This document shows, piece by piece, positions 52,523-64,000 of a stretch of 64,000 nucleotides of DNA. The position numbers were made by a program, and so were the translations under genes. Below the pieces are notes generated by a model that saw nothing but the letters and a program-made list of their open reading frames with translations, was not told the DNA's origin and searched no databases. The number at the start of each line of letters is the position of its first letter. Positions within the stretch are counted from its first letter, which is position 1. Source of the DNA: Camelus dromedarius (lineage: Eukaryota); the NCBI RefSeq assembly GCF_036321535.1, contig NC_087462.1:8556001-8620000 (forward strand), given 5' to 3'.

Positions 52523-53465
52523 GTGGAACCAGAAAACCACACAGCAGTCTCTGAATTCTTCCTCCTGGGACTCTCAGAAAAGCCAGAGCATCGGATCTTC
52601 CTCTTTGGGCTATTCCTCTCCATGTACTTGATCACCATCTTTGGAAACCTGCTTATCGTCTTGGCCATCATCACGGACTCTCACCTCCACACACCCATGT
52701 ACTTCTTCCTCTCCAACCTGTCCCTCATCGACATCTTGTTCTCTTCCACCACCGTCCCCAAGATGCTGGTGAATCTCTGGACTCGGAGCCAAGCCGTCCC
52801 CTTTGCGGGCTGCCTTGCCAAGATGTATGCCTTCCACCTGTTCGGGACCATGGACAGCTTCCTTCTGGCTGTCATGGCCATAGATCGGCTCGTGGCCATT
52901 GTCCACCCTCTGCGCTACTTGGCCATCATGAGCCCCTGTGTGTGTGGGCTGTTGGTGGGGGGGGCCATGGCTGATCACCAACCTCCAGTCACTCGTGCAC
53001 ACCTGCCTCATGGCTCAACTGACCTTCTGTGCTGGCTCTGAAATCCCTCACTTCTTCTGTGACCTCATGCCCCTGCTGAAGCTCTCCTGCTCAGACACGC
53101 ACACCAACGAGTTGGTGATCTTTGCTTTTGGCATCGTCATGGGCATCAGCCCCCTCGCCTGCATCCTCCTTTCTTATACCTGCATCTTCTGGGCAGTCTT
53201 CAAGATCCCTTCTGCTCAGGGCAAGTGGAAAGCCTTCTCCACGTGCAGCTCACACCTCACCATGGTGTCACTATTCTATGGTACCATCTTTGCGGTGTAC
53301 CTGCAGCCCGCATCTTCTGCCTCCTCCCAGAAGGACAAGGCAGCTGTCCTGATGTGTGGGGTGGTCATCCCCATGCTGAACTCCTTTATCTACAGTTTAA
53401 GGAACAAGGACATGAAGGTGGCCCTGAGGAAGCTGGTCGGCAAAGCAGCCCCCTCTCAGTCCTAG
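52523..53465 (+). pseudogene. OR1I1: OR1I1 orthologue, disrupted as assembled (GTG start, +1 frameshift in G8 run at 52957-52964, NPFIY->NSFIY)
   Basis: Two overlapping ORFs join to [23 protein letters not shown]...[19 protein letters not shown]...[24 protein letters not shown]...SSQKDKAA, matching recalled OR1I1; span 943 nt = 3x314+1; synteny between CASP14 and SYDE1. Confidence 0.85.
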
Positions 53466-54254
53466 GGTAGACCAGTTGTTGGGTGCCTCTGTATTCCAGG
53501 ACCACCATTCCAGGATGCATCCCATATCTGCCCTCAAGGCATTTGGAGTCTAGTGGGGGATAGAGACATGTCACTAAATCGTCACAGAACAACATGGTAA
53601 ATGTATCACAAGAGATGAATGAAGTGCCACGGGAAGGGAAAGATGGGCATTTTCCCTTGAAGAGCAGAGAAGCAGAGAAGACTTTGAAGCAGCCTTAAAC
53701 TGGCTCCCTCTGGGGTATCGGGCTTATAGGACTGTGACATGGATAATCCCAGCAGAACGAAAGATTGACTACACTCATTTTAATAGTGATAAAGACAACG
53801 TGGATTAACCCATGACATCACCCGGTTTCCTAAGTGACTTGTAGAAGGACTTTAGAGCATCTTTTGAGATTAGCTCACTTGCTACTCGATTCAGCAGCAA
53901 CCAGCCTCAGTCTCATAGGGGGCCCTGTGGTCCTGACTTTGCATGGGAATCATTGTCAACAACAGACCTCGCATATCCCCGACTTGGGACATAAGAGGTG
54001 CTGGCATTTGGGTCATGGGGATTGTGACTCAATAGGCTGGCCCTGGACCCTGGAATCTGCCTTCTCAACAAGCTTTCCAGGTGGCACTGAAGCAGGGAGT
54101 ACACAGACCAGCGTGGGAGGACACCAGCCCTGGACTAGCTTCAGAGTCCATGGGTTTCCTGTGATGTCCATCACCTGACTCCAAACCCAATATGACTCTA
54201 CAGGCACTACCAGCAGTAAGAGGCTGGGGTGGGCTGGAACGCATGGAGAGTTAG

Positions 54255-54690
54255 AGTTAGGGGTTGAACTGTGTTTTCCAAAAAAGATACGTCAAAATCT
54301 AATCCCCAGTACTGCAGAACGTGACCTTAGCTGGAAGGTCAGAGGTCAAGTTAAAATGAGGTCATTAGGGTGGGTCTTATTCCAGTATGACTGGTGTCCT
54401 TGTAAAAAGGGAGAATTTGGACACAGATGCACACTCAGGGAGAACGCCAGGTGAAGATGAAGGCAGAGGTCCAGGTGATGCTTCAATAAGCCAGAGAGTG
54501 TCAGCAAACCACCAGAAACCAGGCAAGAGGCACCAAACNNNNNNNNNNNNNNNNNNNNNNNNNNNNNNNNNNNNNNNNNNNNNNNNNNNNNNNNNNNNNN
54601 NNNNNNNNNNNNNNNNNNNNNNNNNNNNNNNNNNNNNNNNNNNNNNNNNNNNNNNNNNNNNNNNNNNNNNNNNNNNNNNNNNNNNNACAC
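54255..54690 (+). mobile_element. MLT1A/B/C-type MaLR LTR, partly N-masked
   Basis: gttgaactgtgttttcc..aaagatacg...gtcaagttaaaatgaggtcattagggtggg...gtgaagatgaaggcagag. Confidence 0.8.
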
Positions 54691-55084
54691 AGTTAGTTCA
54701 GGGAGGGCTTGTATCACGCAAAGACCATCCCTAGACACATCCTCTCAAGCCCGTGACCTACCCTGTGCTCTGGTTAAGGGAGTCTGTGCTACAACTGGAG
54801 GAAAAAGATGAAAGATTCGAACTGCATGGATTCACTTTCCAGGTCATGACAGTGTGATGACAGTAATGATACCAACAGCTAAGTCCTTTATATACATTAT
54901 CTCATTAGATTTTAAACAATAACCCTACAAGTTAGGTAATATAACCCCTTATTTTACACATGAGGAAACTGAGGCTTGAAAAGTGAAGCTGCTGATAAGT
55001 GGCAGCAAAGATTTAAATAGAGGACCCATTCCAGGGCCCCATGTCTTAACAACACACAGTGTCATCTAGAATTTGGTGCCTAGA

Positions 55085-55392
55085 GCAGGGGTTTGCAGAC
55101 CATGGCCCAGTCTGTTTTTGTATGGCCCACAAGCTAAGAATGGCTTTTACATTTTTAAATGGTCAGGGAAATTTTTTTTAAAGGAAGACTATTTGGCGAC
55201 AGATTAAATTTATATAAAATTCTAATTTTGGTGCCCACAAATAAACTTTTGTGGCAACACTGCCCAAATCATCTTTGCCTACTTTCAAGCTACAAGGCAG
55301 ATTTGGGTAGTCTCGACAGAGGCCCTAGGCAATCAAAGTCTAAAATATTTACTTACTTTCTGGCCTTTTTTTTACAGAGAGATTTGCTGACC
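55085..55392 (+). mobile_element. MER58B-like DNA transposon
   Basis: caggggtttgcagaccatggcccagtctgtttttgtatggcccacaagctaagaatgg...tttacagagagatttgctgacc. Confidence 0.75.
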
Positions 55393-55755
55393 TCTTTTCC
55401 ACAGAAAACGTATAGCCTGATACTCAAAGTGGTCTATGAATCAAAAGAGTTATGGGTAGTTCGTTAGAAATGAAGACTCAGATGCCATCCCAGACCACTA
55501 AATCGTAATTTTAACAAGCCCGAGCAGGGGGAGGGAGGGTGGTTATATGAGCCTTAAAATTTGAAGATCACTGGGATAGATGTGAGGTGGGAGGACACCT
55601 GGAGAGATTTGGGACCTGAATAGTCATCATTTCAGAGCTACGCGAGAACCAGATCTGAGGCATTTTTCCATGGGCACTTTCCATGTTTCCCTGGTTCTAG
55701 AGAGGATGGTCCACGCCACAAGCTTTGAAAGAATTGCAGCTGCAGTTGGAGGAAG

Positions 55756-55772
55756 TGGCCATCAGGTGGCGA
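55756..55772 (+). promoter_or_regulatory. Candidate CTCF site (forward)
   Basis: TGGCCATCAGGTGGCGA versus consensus TGGCCACCAGGGGGCGC. Confidence 0.55.
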
Positions 55773-56777
55773 TAGTTTCATTTCACAAAATGGACTGAAA
55801 GCTTTCAGAGATACAGACCCTGGCTGTGAACTGGTCCAGTTCCACCCACTTCAGGTGTGCATAATCGTCCCCTGGGAGGGAACATCATGTGCAACATTCT
55901 CGTGGCGGGACAGAGCCTGGGTTGTTCAGAGAAACCAAGGAGACCCATGTGTCCTTAGCACACAGTGAGCAGAGAGAGAGTGTGCAGGGGGTGTGGTCAG
56001 AAGGGGATTGGACATAGGGCAGAGAGGACCACGATAAGGGTTAAGCAGGGGTATGGGAGGGCAGGTGCTTCAGAACAAACCTGCTACTCAGTCATACCAT
56101 GGATTAGGGATGAGCAAAATTTTTCTGTAAAGGGCCAGAGAGTAATTATCAGCTTTATGGGGCATGCAGTGGCTGTTGCAGTGATGACCCAGTTTTGCTA
56201 TTATAGCGTGGAAACCACTGTAGACCATACACCAAGGAAGGGGCGTGGCTGAGCGCCCATGAAACTTTACTTATGGACATTGAAACTTGAATTTCACATC
56301 TTTTTACATGTCACAAAATATAGTACCTTTTTTTTTTTTTTACTTTTGCACTGAAAAATGAAGTCATCAAAATGATTCAGAAAGATTCTTAACTAATATC
56401 TACCTTCTGAGTGTTCCTCTCCCCTAAACTGTAATGATAAAATATAGCATGTAGGTTTTTTGGGTTTGTTTTAAAGAAAATTTAAAAATATTGTAGAAAT
56501 GGATCTAGCCGTTTGGGTTTTAGTGACTAGTGTTTGTTCACTCCTTTTCTTCCCCCTACACTGTCCCAACCCCAGAAACCCTCCTACATACTTGCCTTTT
56601 CGAATACGGCTACCTGACAACAGGTGTTCTCAACTATAGCAACTACCAAAATATCTCGACTACGTCTCACACAGAGGAAATCAGGAGGAAGCCTCCACTT
56701 TGTTATCAAGTGTCTAGGCTCCATGATTGCAGAAAAACTCGAATTAATTGGCAACCCAGAAAATCTTATCTAAAATC

Positions 56778-56792
56778 TGCCATCTAGTGCGG
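56778..56792 (-). promoter_or_regulatory. Candidate CTCF site (reverse)
   Basis: tgccatctagtgcgg; reverse complement CCGCACTAGATGGCA resembles the CCACTAGATGGCA core. Confidence 0.4.
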
Positions 56793-56964
56793 ACTTTCTA
56801 AAACTACATATCACTGGATACATTAATCCTATGGTTATCACTAAGGCTTTTCACATAAACGCTAGGTATGAAAGTCTTAATTACCAAACAAAATATCAAA
56901 AGCAGCATGAAATTTGGTTCATGAAATGTAGTCTCTTGTTTTCAACCATTTTAAACATTTTAAA

Positions 56965-57345
56965 AGCTTCGTAATTATCATGCTAAGTGAAGTCAGAAAG
57001 AGAAAGATAAATATCATATGATATCATTTACGTGGAATCTAAAATATGACATAAATGAACTTATTTATGAAACAGAAACAGACTCATGACATAGAAAACA
57101 AATTTAAGGTTACCAAAGGGGAAAGGGGATGAGGAGGGATAAATAAGGAGTTCTAGATTAGCAGATATGAACTACTATACATAAAATAGGTAAATAACAG
57201 GGTCCTACTGTATATAGCACAGGGAACTATACTCAGTATCCTGTAATAAACCATAATGAAACAGAATGTGTATGTATGTGTATAACTGAATCACTTTTCT
57301 GTACACCAGACACTAACACTATGTTGTAAATCAACCATACTTTAA
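56965..57345 (+). mobile_element. L1 3' end
   Basis: atcatgctaagtgaagtcagaaagagaaag...gggtcctactgtatatagcacagggaactat. Confidence 0.8.
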
Positions 57346-57759
57346 TAATTAATTAATTAATTAATTTTAAAAAACCGTTTGTAGCTCAAGAGCCAGATTT
57401 GGCCCTTGGGCCCTAGTTTGCAAACCCTCTATAGATGGATGGGAGTGACAAGTGGCAGGGAGACCAAAAGGGATTAAAAAGTGAGACATGAGGCAAGCTG
57501 AATCCCAGCATCAGAAAAAGGATAGGCAGAGGTGGTGCCACAGGACCTTTGTATATGCTGCCCCTGTCTCTCCATTCTCTTTCAGAGTTAATGCCTCCCT
57601 GGCTTTGAGATTTCAGCACAAACCCCACTTCCTCAAGGAAGCCTCTCCTCACCAGCTTCTCATTCCAGCTATATCAGGTGCTCATTATCCCCCCATTCTC
57701 ATTATATCAGTGATTTTTTTTAATCACTTAAATGTGGAACTTTATTTTCCCCTCTATAT

Positions 57760-58570
57760 TTTTTTCGTACAATTTTAAATGGCTACTTTCCATTTACAGT
57801 TATTGCAAAACATTGGCTATTTTCCCTGTATTGTACAGTACACACTTGACACTATCTTATACCCAGTAGGTTGTATCTCCTATTCCCCCATCCCTATGTT
57901 GTCCCTCCACCCCCAGTGGTAACCACTGGTTTGCTCTCTACATCTGTGAGTCTGCTTCTTTTTTGTTATATTCACTACTTTGTTGTATTTTTTTAGATTC
58001 CACATATAAATGACAAAATACAGTATTTGTCTTTCTCTGACTTATTTTTTGTATATATATATTTCACTGAAGCATAATCAGTTTACAATATTGTGTCAGT
58101 TTATAGTGTACAGCATAATGCNNNNNNNNNNNNNNNNNNNNNNNNNNNNNNNNNNNNNNNNNNNNNNNNNNNNNNNNNNNNNNNNNNNNNNNNNNNNNNN
58201 NNNNNNNNNNNNNNNNNNNNNNNNNNNNNNNNNNNNNNNNNNNNNNNNNNTGCTGGATAGACATATAGGTTGCTTCCATATATTGGCTATTGTAAATAAC
58301 GCTGCAATGAATGCTGGGATGCATGTATCTTTCTGAATTCGTGGGGTTTTTTTTCAGATATATACCCAGGAGTGGAATTGCTGGGTCATATGGTAGTTTT
58401 ACTTTTAGTTTTTTGAGGAACCTCCATACTATTTTCCACAATGGCTGCACCAACTTACATTCATATGAACAGTGTACGAGGGTTCCCTTTCTTCACATCC
58501 TTGCCAACAATTGTTAGTTGTGTTCCTTTTAATGATAGCCATTCAGACAGGTGTAAGGTGATTTCTCCAT
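57760..58570 (-). mobile_element. Antisense L1 3'-region fragments
   Basis: ttttagattccacatataaatgac...cccaggagtggaattgctgggtcatatggtag...ctccatactattttccacaatggctgcacc. Confidence 0.8.
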
Positions 58571-59639
58571 AGTGATTTTGCATAACAGTGATTTTATATC
58601 TATTTGTGTAATCATTCAATGAATGTCTATTTCACCCACTTGGTGAGTGGGTTTCTGCTGAAATCCAGGAGAGAAGCCAGTGCCTCATCCTTTAGACAAG
58701 GAGCATTGAGCTCACAGTGAAACTATTTAATTCAGCAGGAACAGGAGATCATGAGAAAATAATCATCTAGAGATTCTCCAAAATCTCAGCAAAGATGTTG
58801 GAAGAGATTGGAGCCAATCTTATCTAGATCTGAAGGAGCAGAATGACCCTGGCCAGTATTAGGGTACAAAAACATTCCTTTCTCTTCATATGGGATTTTA
58901 CTGGTTATTCAAAGCAGTTTTGGAGATTCAGACCCTGAGGCTCATAGAGGGAAAGTGACTGTCCTAAGGCCATGTGTGGATTGGGTAGGGTGGAGAATTC
59001 CAATCCAGCTTGTTGTGGAAACCCCAAACCCTGACCCCTCCCTCCACCAGGATGCTGGATGGCCTCCCAGGTGAGTGACTTCCCCAAGGTCATGCTGCAG
59101 CTTGGAACAGCTCAAGTCCTGCCCCATGTGGGGCTTGGGGTGTGGGGAGCAAAAAATTCCACCAGATCCTCTGGTGGGAGTGGCTAGAAAGCCACTTCTA
59201 GCAAGGTATGAGGAAGAACTCAGTAAGGCTTGAGCTTGAGGTCCCAGAAAGGGAGCTCCTACTTGAAAATGTACATTTGCCAGGGATTAGGGTAGTCACT
59301 TCTATCTCTGTGGATCTGTATAATGGGAAGTCCCCCACAGCCACCAAAAATCATCATCATCATAACAAATATTGATGTGACCTGTGAGTGTTCTTTAATC
59401 ACTTGATGTGATATGGGTGAGGCTAAGGGCTGCTCTCACCCTCAAATTGGCCTCCGGTTCTTCTCAGGGTACCCTAGTCCTGCAGCCCCACACCTGGGCT
59501 TGTGAAGAGGTGTTGTCTTGACTCATGATCTCTCTCCTTACTGTCAGAAGTTGCCTCAAAGGCATCTGGACAGGAATCTGATGGTGTGCAACCCACCTCT
59601 CTCTCAACCTGACTCCTTCCAAGCACACACAACCAAGAA

Positions 59640-59875
59640 ACAGATGTTAACAGAGCCTAAGAGACCTGTGGAACACCATCAAGCATATCAACATATGCAA
59701 ATTGGTAATCCCAGAAGAAGAGAAGAGAAAGGGTCAGAAAGAATAGTTGAAGAAATAATGGCCCCCAAATTTCTAAACGTTGGTGAAAGACATGAATCTA
59801 CACATCCAAGAAGCTCAATGAACTCCAAGTAGGATAAACACAGAGATCTGCACCAAGACATATTATAACCAAACA
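59640..59875 (+). mobile_element. Ancient L1M ORF1 remnant
   Basis: gagacctgtggaacaccatcaagc...gaagaaataatggcc..aaattt...catccaagaagctcaatgaactccaagtaggataaac. Confidence 0.7.
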
Positions 59876-60448
59876 CACACAACCTCCTTGGTCCAGGCCT
59901 CCATCACCTGGCACTGATCTCCCACCTGAACATTCAGCAGTGAATAAGAGACAAGCATTACCTGGTGCAGCCCCACTCTGGACAAGGAGACAGATAATAT
60001 AGAATAAAGCACTGGAACTATAAAGTTCAAGTTTGTGGCAAGTGTTAGAAGCAATGAAGCAGTGATGTAACAATGACTGAATAGTGGTAGGTGGTCAGGG
60101 AAAGCCTCCCAAGGAAGTGCCATTGGACCTAAATGATGAGAAAGAGGCAGCTTCAGAAGAACTAGGGCTCCACAGGAAGAAGAAACTGCATGTGCAAAGG
60201 GCCTGGGGAAGGAAGAATTTGATGTGAAGGAGAACCAGAGAGGAGGCCACCATGAGTGATGGGGACAACAAAGGAGATGAGGCTAGAAGTCTTGTTGGGA
60301 CTGGGTTTCATTTGTGGGAATCTGGATTTTATTTTAGGTGGGGTGAGCAGTCATGGGAAGACTGTTCAGCAGGGCTGTGCCATGATCTGATTTCAGGGCT
60401 TTAAGTCTACTTTGGGCACCGTATGGAGAATGGAGTATAGAAGTGAGG

Positions 60449-61005
60449 TGGGTTAACTTTTCCCAGATAGCCAACAATATCTTCCCTCCCACATTCTCTT
60501 GCACAAGGTCATCTTGACACATGGCCAACTGAGAGAGGTGGGTCTATGTCCCCTCCCCTTGAATCTGGTGCCAGAAGTAACACAGTGTGACACTCAAAGC
60601 TGGGTCAGGAAAGGTAATGCAGCTTCTGCCTTGCTCATTTTTGAAGCCTTGGGTGGCTGTGTAAGAAGCCCAGCTACCCTGACTACTGACCTGCTAGGAG
60701 GAAACCCAATTCACACGGAGAGGCCTGTGTAGATGCCCTGGTCCACAGCCCCTACGGAGTTCCCAGCCCACACCCAACAATCAGTTGCAAGACTTGTACG
60801 TGAAGATGCTTCCAGATGATTCCGGCCCCTTCTTTGTAGAGTCACCCCTAACCCTCGAAGTCTTTTCAGCTGAGGAGTAGAGACAATCAATGTCAGCTCT
60901 GCTCTGCCCAAATGTCTGACCCACAGTGTCAGTGAGCATCGTGAAATGGCTGTTTTACACCACTAAGTTTTAGGATGGTTTGTTAAACAGCAGCAGCATC
61001 TGGAA
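60449..61005 (+). mobile_element. MLT1-type MaLR LTR
   Basis: cagatagccaacaat...gctgttttacaccactaagttttaggatggtttgttaaacagcag. Confidence 0.7.
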
Positions 61006-61329
61006 CTAGGGAGGTAGGGGTAGAGAACTGGGTGGAGGAAGGAAGCACCAGAGTGGCATCCAGGAAACTAAGCAAGAGGGGGTGTCATCAAAACGAGTGA
61101 TGCCAGGGTTTGCACCAGGCTGGAGAAGTGGGAGAAAGAGAAGGGACACGTGCAGGGTGCATTTTGTAGGTAAACCCAAGAGAACTTGCTGTTTGCGATC
61201 ATCAGCGGAAGGTGGGTAAGAGGAGAGACTAAGGCCGGGGACTAAGCCAAGATACTCAGAGTTGGAGCCCAGGAAGGCAGCACAGAGCCCCCATTCCTTC
61301 CCGTCCAGGCCCAGACAACTGACTACATC

Positions 61330-62040
61330 TCCCAGCATCGCTCGCTCAGGCCGCGGGAAGGGAGAAAAAAAAAAAAAAGTTTGGGCCAAGCATTCCCGGA
61401 ATGCGCTTCCTGCTGGCGCGGGGCGGGGGGCGGGCGGGGAGGCCCGGGCGGGGCGGGGCGGGGAGGGCGGGGGGCGGCGCGGCTGGAGCCCGGGGCGCGC
61501 ACTCCGCCCGGCCCGGGCCCCAGCATGGCCGAGCCGCTGCTCAGGAAAACCTTCTCCCGCCTTCGAGGCCGGGAGAAACTTCCCAGGAAAAAGTCAGACG
61601 CGAAGGAGCGCGGTGAGCCGGGAGGTGGGGAAAAAGGGGCGCCGCACCCCGCCCGGCCTGGGAGGGGATCCCGGGGCCCCAAGAAGAGACCGCTGAGGGG
61701 ACAGGGAAAGACCCGTGGACCCCCCTGCGGGCCGGGGTTGGGGGCCGGGGCAGGCAGGGGTCCTGGAAGTAGCGGGCTAGGGGGAGAGGGGGCGCGGACC
61801 GTTATGTGCGCCCGGCCAGGGATGCCAGCGCTGCGCGCTCCTTGGGAGGCCCGGGAGGGGGCCTCGCCCCTGACAGGAAATAGGGCCGAGACAGAGCGCC
61901 TGGAGAGTAGAGGGGAGGAGGAGCCGGGAGGCCGAGAAACTGGGGCTTAGTCAGGCCAGGCAGGGGACACTCCGAGCCCTAGAGACCTGGGATGGGAGAT
62001 GGGGGGCGTAGTCCTGCAGGGGAGGGAGAGACGCGGTGCA
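61330..62040 (+). promoter_or_regulatory. SYDE1 CpG island/promoter with clustered GC boxes
   Basis: Dense CpG; tandem gggcgg Sp1/KLF motifs at 61420-61480 just upstream of ATG 61525. Confidence 0.85.
61525..61612 (+). CDS. SYDE1: SYDE1 coding exon 1
   Basis: [29 protein letters not shown](G), donor gtgagc, 88 nt. Confidence 0.95.
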
Positions 62041-63195
62041 TCAATCATGGTGGCCAGCCCCCACCTCCTCTCACCTATTAACCAGTGACTGCCTCTGCAC
62101 CCACCTGAGGCAGCCCCAGGAAACTGTTCCTGTCATACAGATGGGGAAACTGAGGCATGGAGCAGTTGGATAATTTACACAGTGCCAGTGAAGTGACTTA
62201 ACAGCTCATAGGACTATACTACTAAGTGAGACCCCTGCGAGAGAGTCGTGGGGAGTGGAAATCTGAGGTGATCAGTGGAGGGATTCGGCAGGCAGGAAAG
62301 ACCAGACCTTAAAGAAATCAGAGCTGCGTGGAACAGGAAGTCCAGGAAAGGAAGGAGTTAAAGGAGGGAGGGCAGAGGACTCCATGGATCTGACCTCCCC
62401 CAAGCCCTTCCCAGATTCCCAAGGTTCCCAGAGCCGAGAGAAGGGACCGGGGTGCCCACGCACAAACACACACAGGAAACAGCCCAGGATGTCAGGGAGA
62501 GGAGGATGGGGGGTGCGGGGCGGGGGTAGGCCCCAAGGCATTGACCATGGGAATCTGGCCTGAAGAACAGGGCACAGTCCAGGATGGGGGCACAGTTTGG
62601 AAGGTATGCAGGGAGGTGGGGGGGGGGGTGACGTGTCACAGGTAAGGGAAGACTTGGCACTCACTGTCATGCCTGCTCTTGTCTGCCAAGCAAGCTAGCC
62701 ATCGTCCACTGTGGGCTACGTGCTTGACCAAGATCTGAGTGCCTAGGAAGTGCTCCCCACATGGAGCTCCCTGAAGCCTCCCTGGGGGAAGACCTCAAAT
62801 CCCCCCATTTCACAGGACACTGAGGCTCAGAGATGGAAAGTGACTTGCACAAAGCTACCTAGTGAGAAGGGACAGGGGAAGGGCTCCACACCAGAGTTAA
62901 TGAGAGGCGTGGGGAATGCAGGGCCCAGGCCCAGAGAAACCCCACTGGACCTCTGAGGCTGGAGGGCTGAGGCAGAGTCCTGTTTGGAACAACAGGGCGG
63001 GGGAGGGGGTGAAGGGGGCTCTAAACTGATAACAGATTGCTGGCTGGACTGCAGCCACTCATTCCAAATGAATGTATGGAGTGTCAGTGCTGAGTGCCCC
63101 CCAGCCCCAGCCCCAGCCCCAGCCCCTGCGGAGGATGATCCCTGGGCTCTAGGGGAAGTGGGAGGCTGGCTCTCACTCCCCTTGCTCTCTGCCAG

Positions 63196-63537
63196 GCCGT
63201 CCAGCCCAGTGCCCGGAACCCAGCCCCCCAGAGCCAGAGCCCCAAGCCCCGGAAGGACCCCAGGCTGGAGCAGAGAGGCCCCCCAGCCCTGAGGCATCTC
63301 GGAGCCCTGCTCGGGGTGCCTACCTGCAGAGCCTGGAGCCCAGCAGCCGCCGATGGGTGCTTGGAGGGGCCAAGCCACCAGATGAAACTGCTCTGGGACC
63401 TGGGGCATCTGGCAGTGGGGAGCCTGCCGGTGAGATCTGGTACAACCCCATCCCTGAGGAGGACCCCAGGCTCCCAGCACCTGAGCTCCCTGGGCCACAG
63501 CCAGGCTCAGCGGAGCCAGAGGGCCTGGATTCCCCAG
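63196..63537 (+). CDS. SYDE1: SYDE1 coding exon 2
   Basis: (G)[14 protein letters not shown]...[21 protein letters not shown]...[13 protein letters not shown]...; 342 nt, phase 1-1, cag/gtg sites. Confidence 0.93.
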
Positions 63538-63637
63538 GTGAGCATAAGCCTCACTCTTAGGTGCCCCAAGATGACTACAAGCCTCATCCCCATCCGAAGC
63601 CCAGATTTCTGGACCCTGAGACCTGCTCTCCCCACAG

Positions 63638-64000
63638 GCACAGCCCCTACCAGTCCCCCGACCAAAGCTTCCCGCACCAAGTCCCCCGGCCCAGCCAGGC
63701 GCCTCTCAATGAAGATGAAGAAGCTGCCCGAGCTGCGGCGCCGCCTGAGTCTGCGGGGCACCAGGGCAGGCCGAGAGCGCGAGCGGGCCGCCCCCGCGGG
63801 CTCGGTCATCAGCCGTTACCACCTGGACAGCAGCGTGGGGACCCCGGGGCGGGCGGCAGTGGCTGAGGGCGCCCCGGGCCCCAGGGCCGGTTACCTCAGT
63901 GATGGCGACTCACCTGAGCGTCCAGTGGGGCCCCCATCGCCTACCGCCTTCCGCCCCTATGAGGTGGGCCCATCGGCCCGGACGCCCCCGGCTGCACTCT
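63638..64000 (+). CDS. SYDE1: SYDE1 coding exon 3 (runs off window end)
   Basis: (G)[39 protein letters not shown]...[11 protein letters not shown]...[10 protein letters not shown]...; acceptor cccacag. Confidence 0.93.

Noticed and set aside
61262-63866. Long GC-rich ORFs (61381-61950, 62827-63498, 63561-63866 and others)
   Set aside because: They are read-through or alternative-frame artefacts of the SYDE1 CpG island and exons, and the true exons are defined by splice sites.

Overview
Mammalian genomic DNA, almost certainly camelid (tRNA-Ala-derived Vic-1-type SINEs and lineage-type L1 3' ends), syntenic with human 19p13.12. Gene order: an intact OR7A-like olfactory receptor (+), intact OR7C2 (+), only the last two coding exons of SLC1A6/EAAT4 (-), intact CASP14 (+, 6 coding exons, 242 aa), a disrupted OR1I1 (+; GTG start, +1 frameshift, NP->NS) and the first three coding exons of SYDE1 (+) with its CpG island. 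The rest is repeat-rich (L1, L2, MIR, MLT1, MER20/MER5/MER53/MER58, ERV LTRs). The biggest anomaly is that the upstream SLC1A6 exons and CCDC105/TEKTL1, expected between SLC1A6 and CASP14, are absent. An exactly 200-N run lies about 1 kb upstream of the surviving exons, so a hidden assembly gap is more likely than a real deletion. I found no convincing novel biological system. The findings are mostly regulatory, gene-decay and assembly hypotheses. Gene and repeat names come from recalled sequences and motifs, not database searches, and repeat boundaries are approximate.
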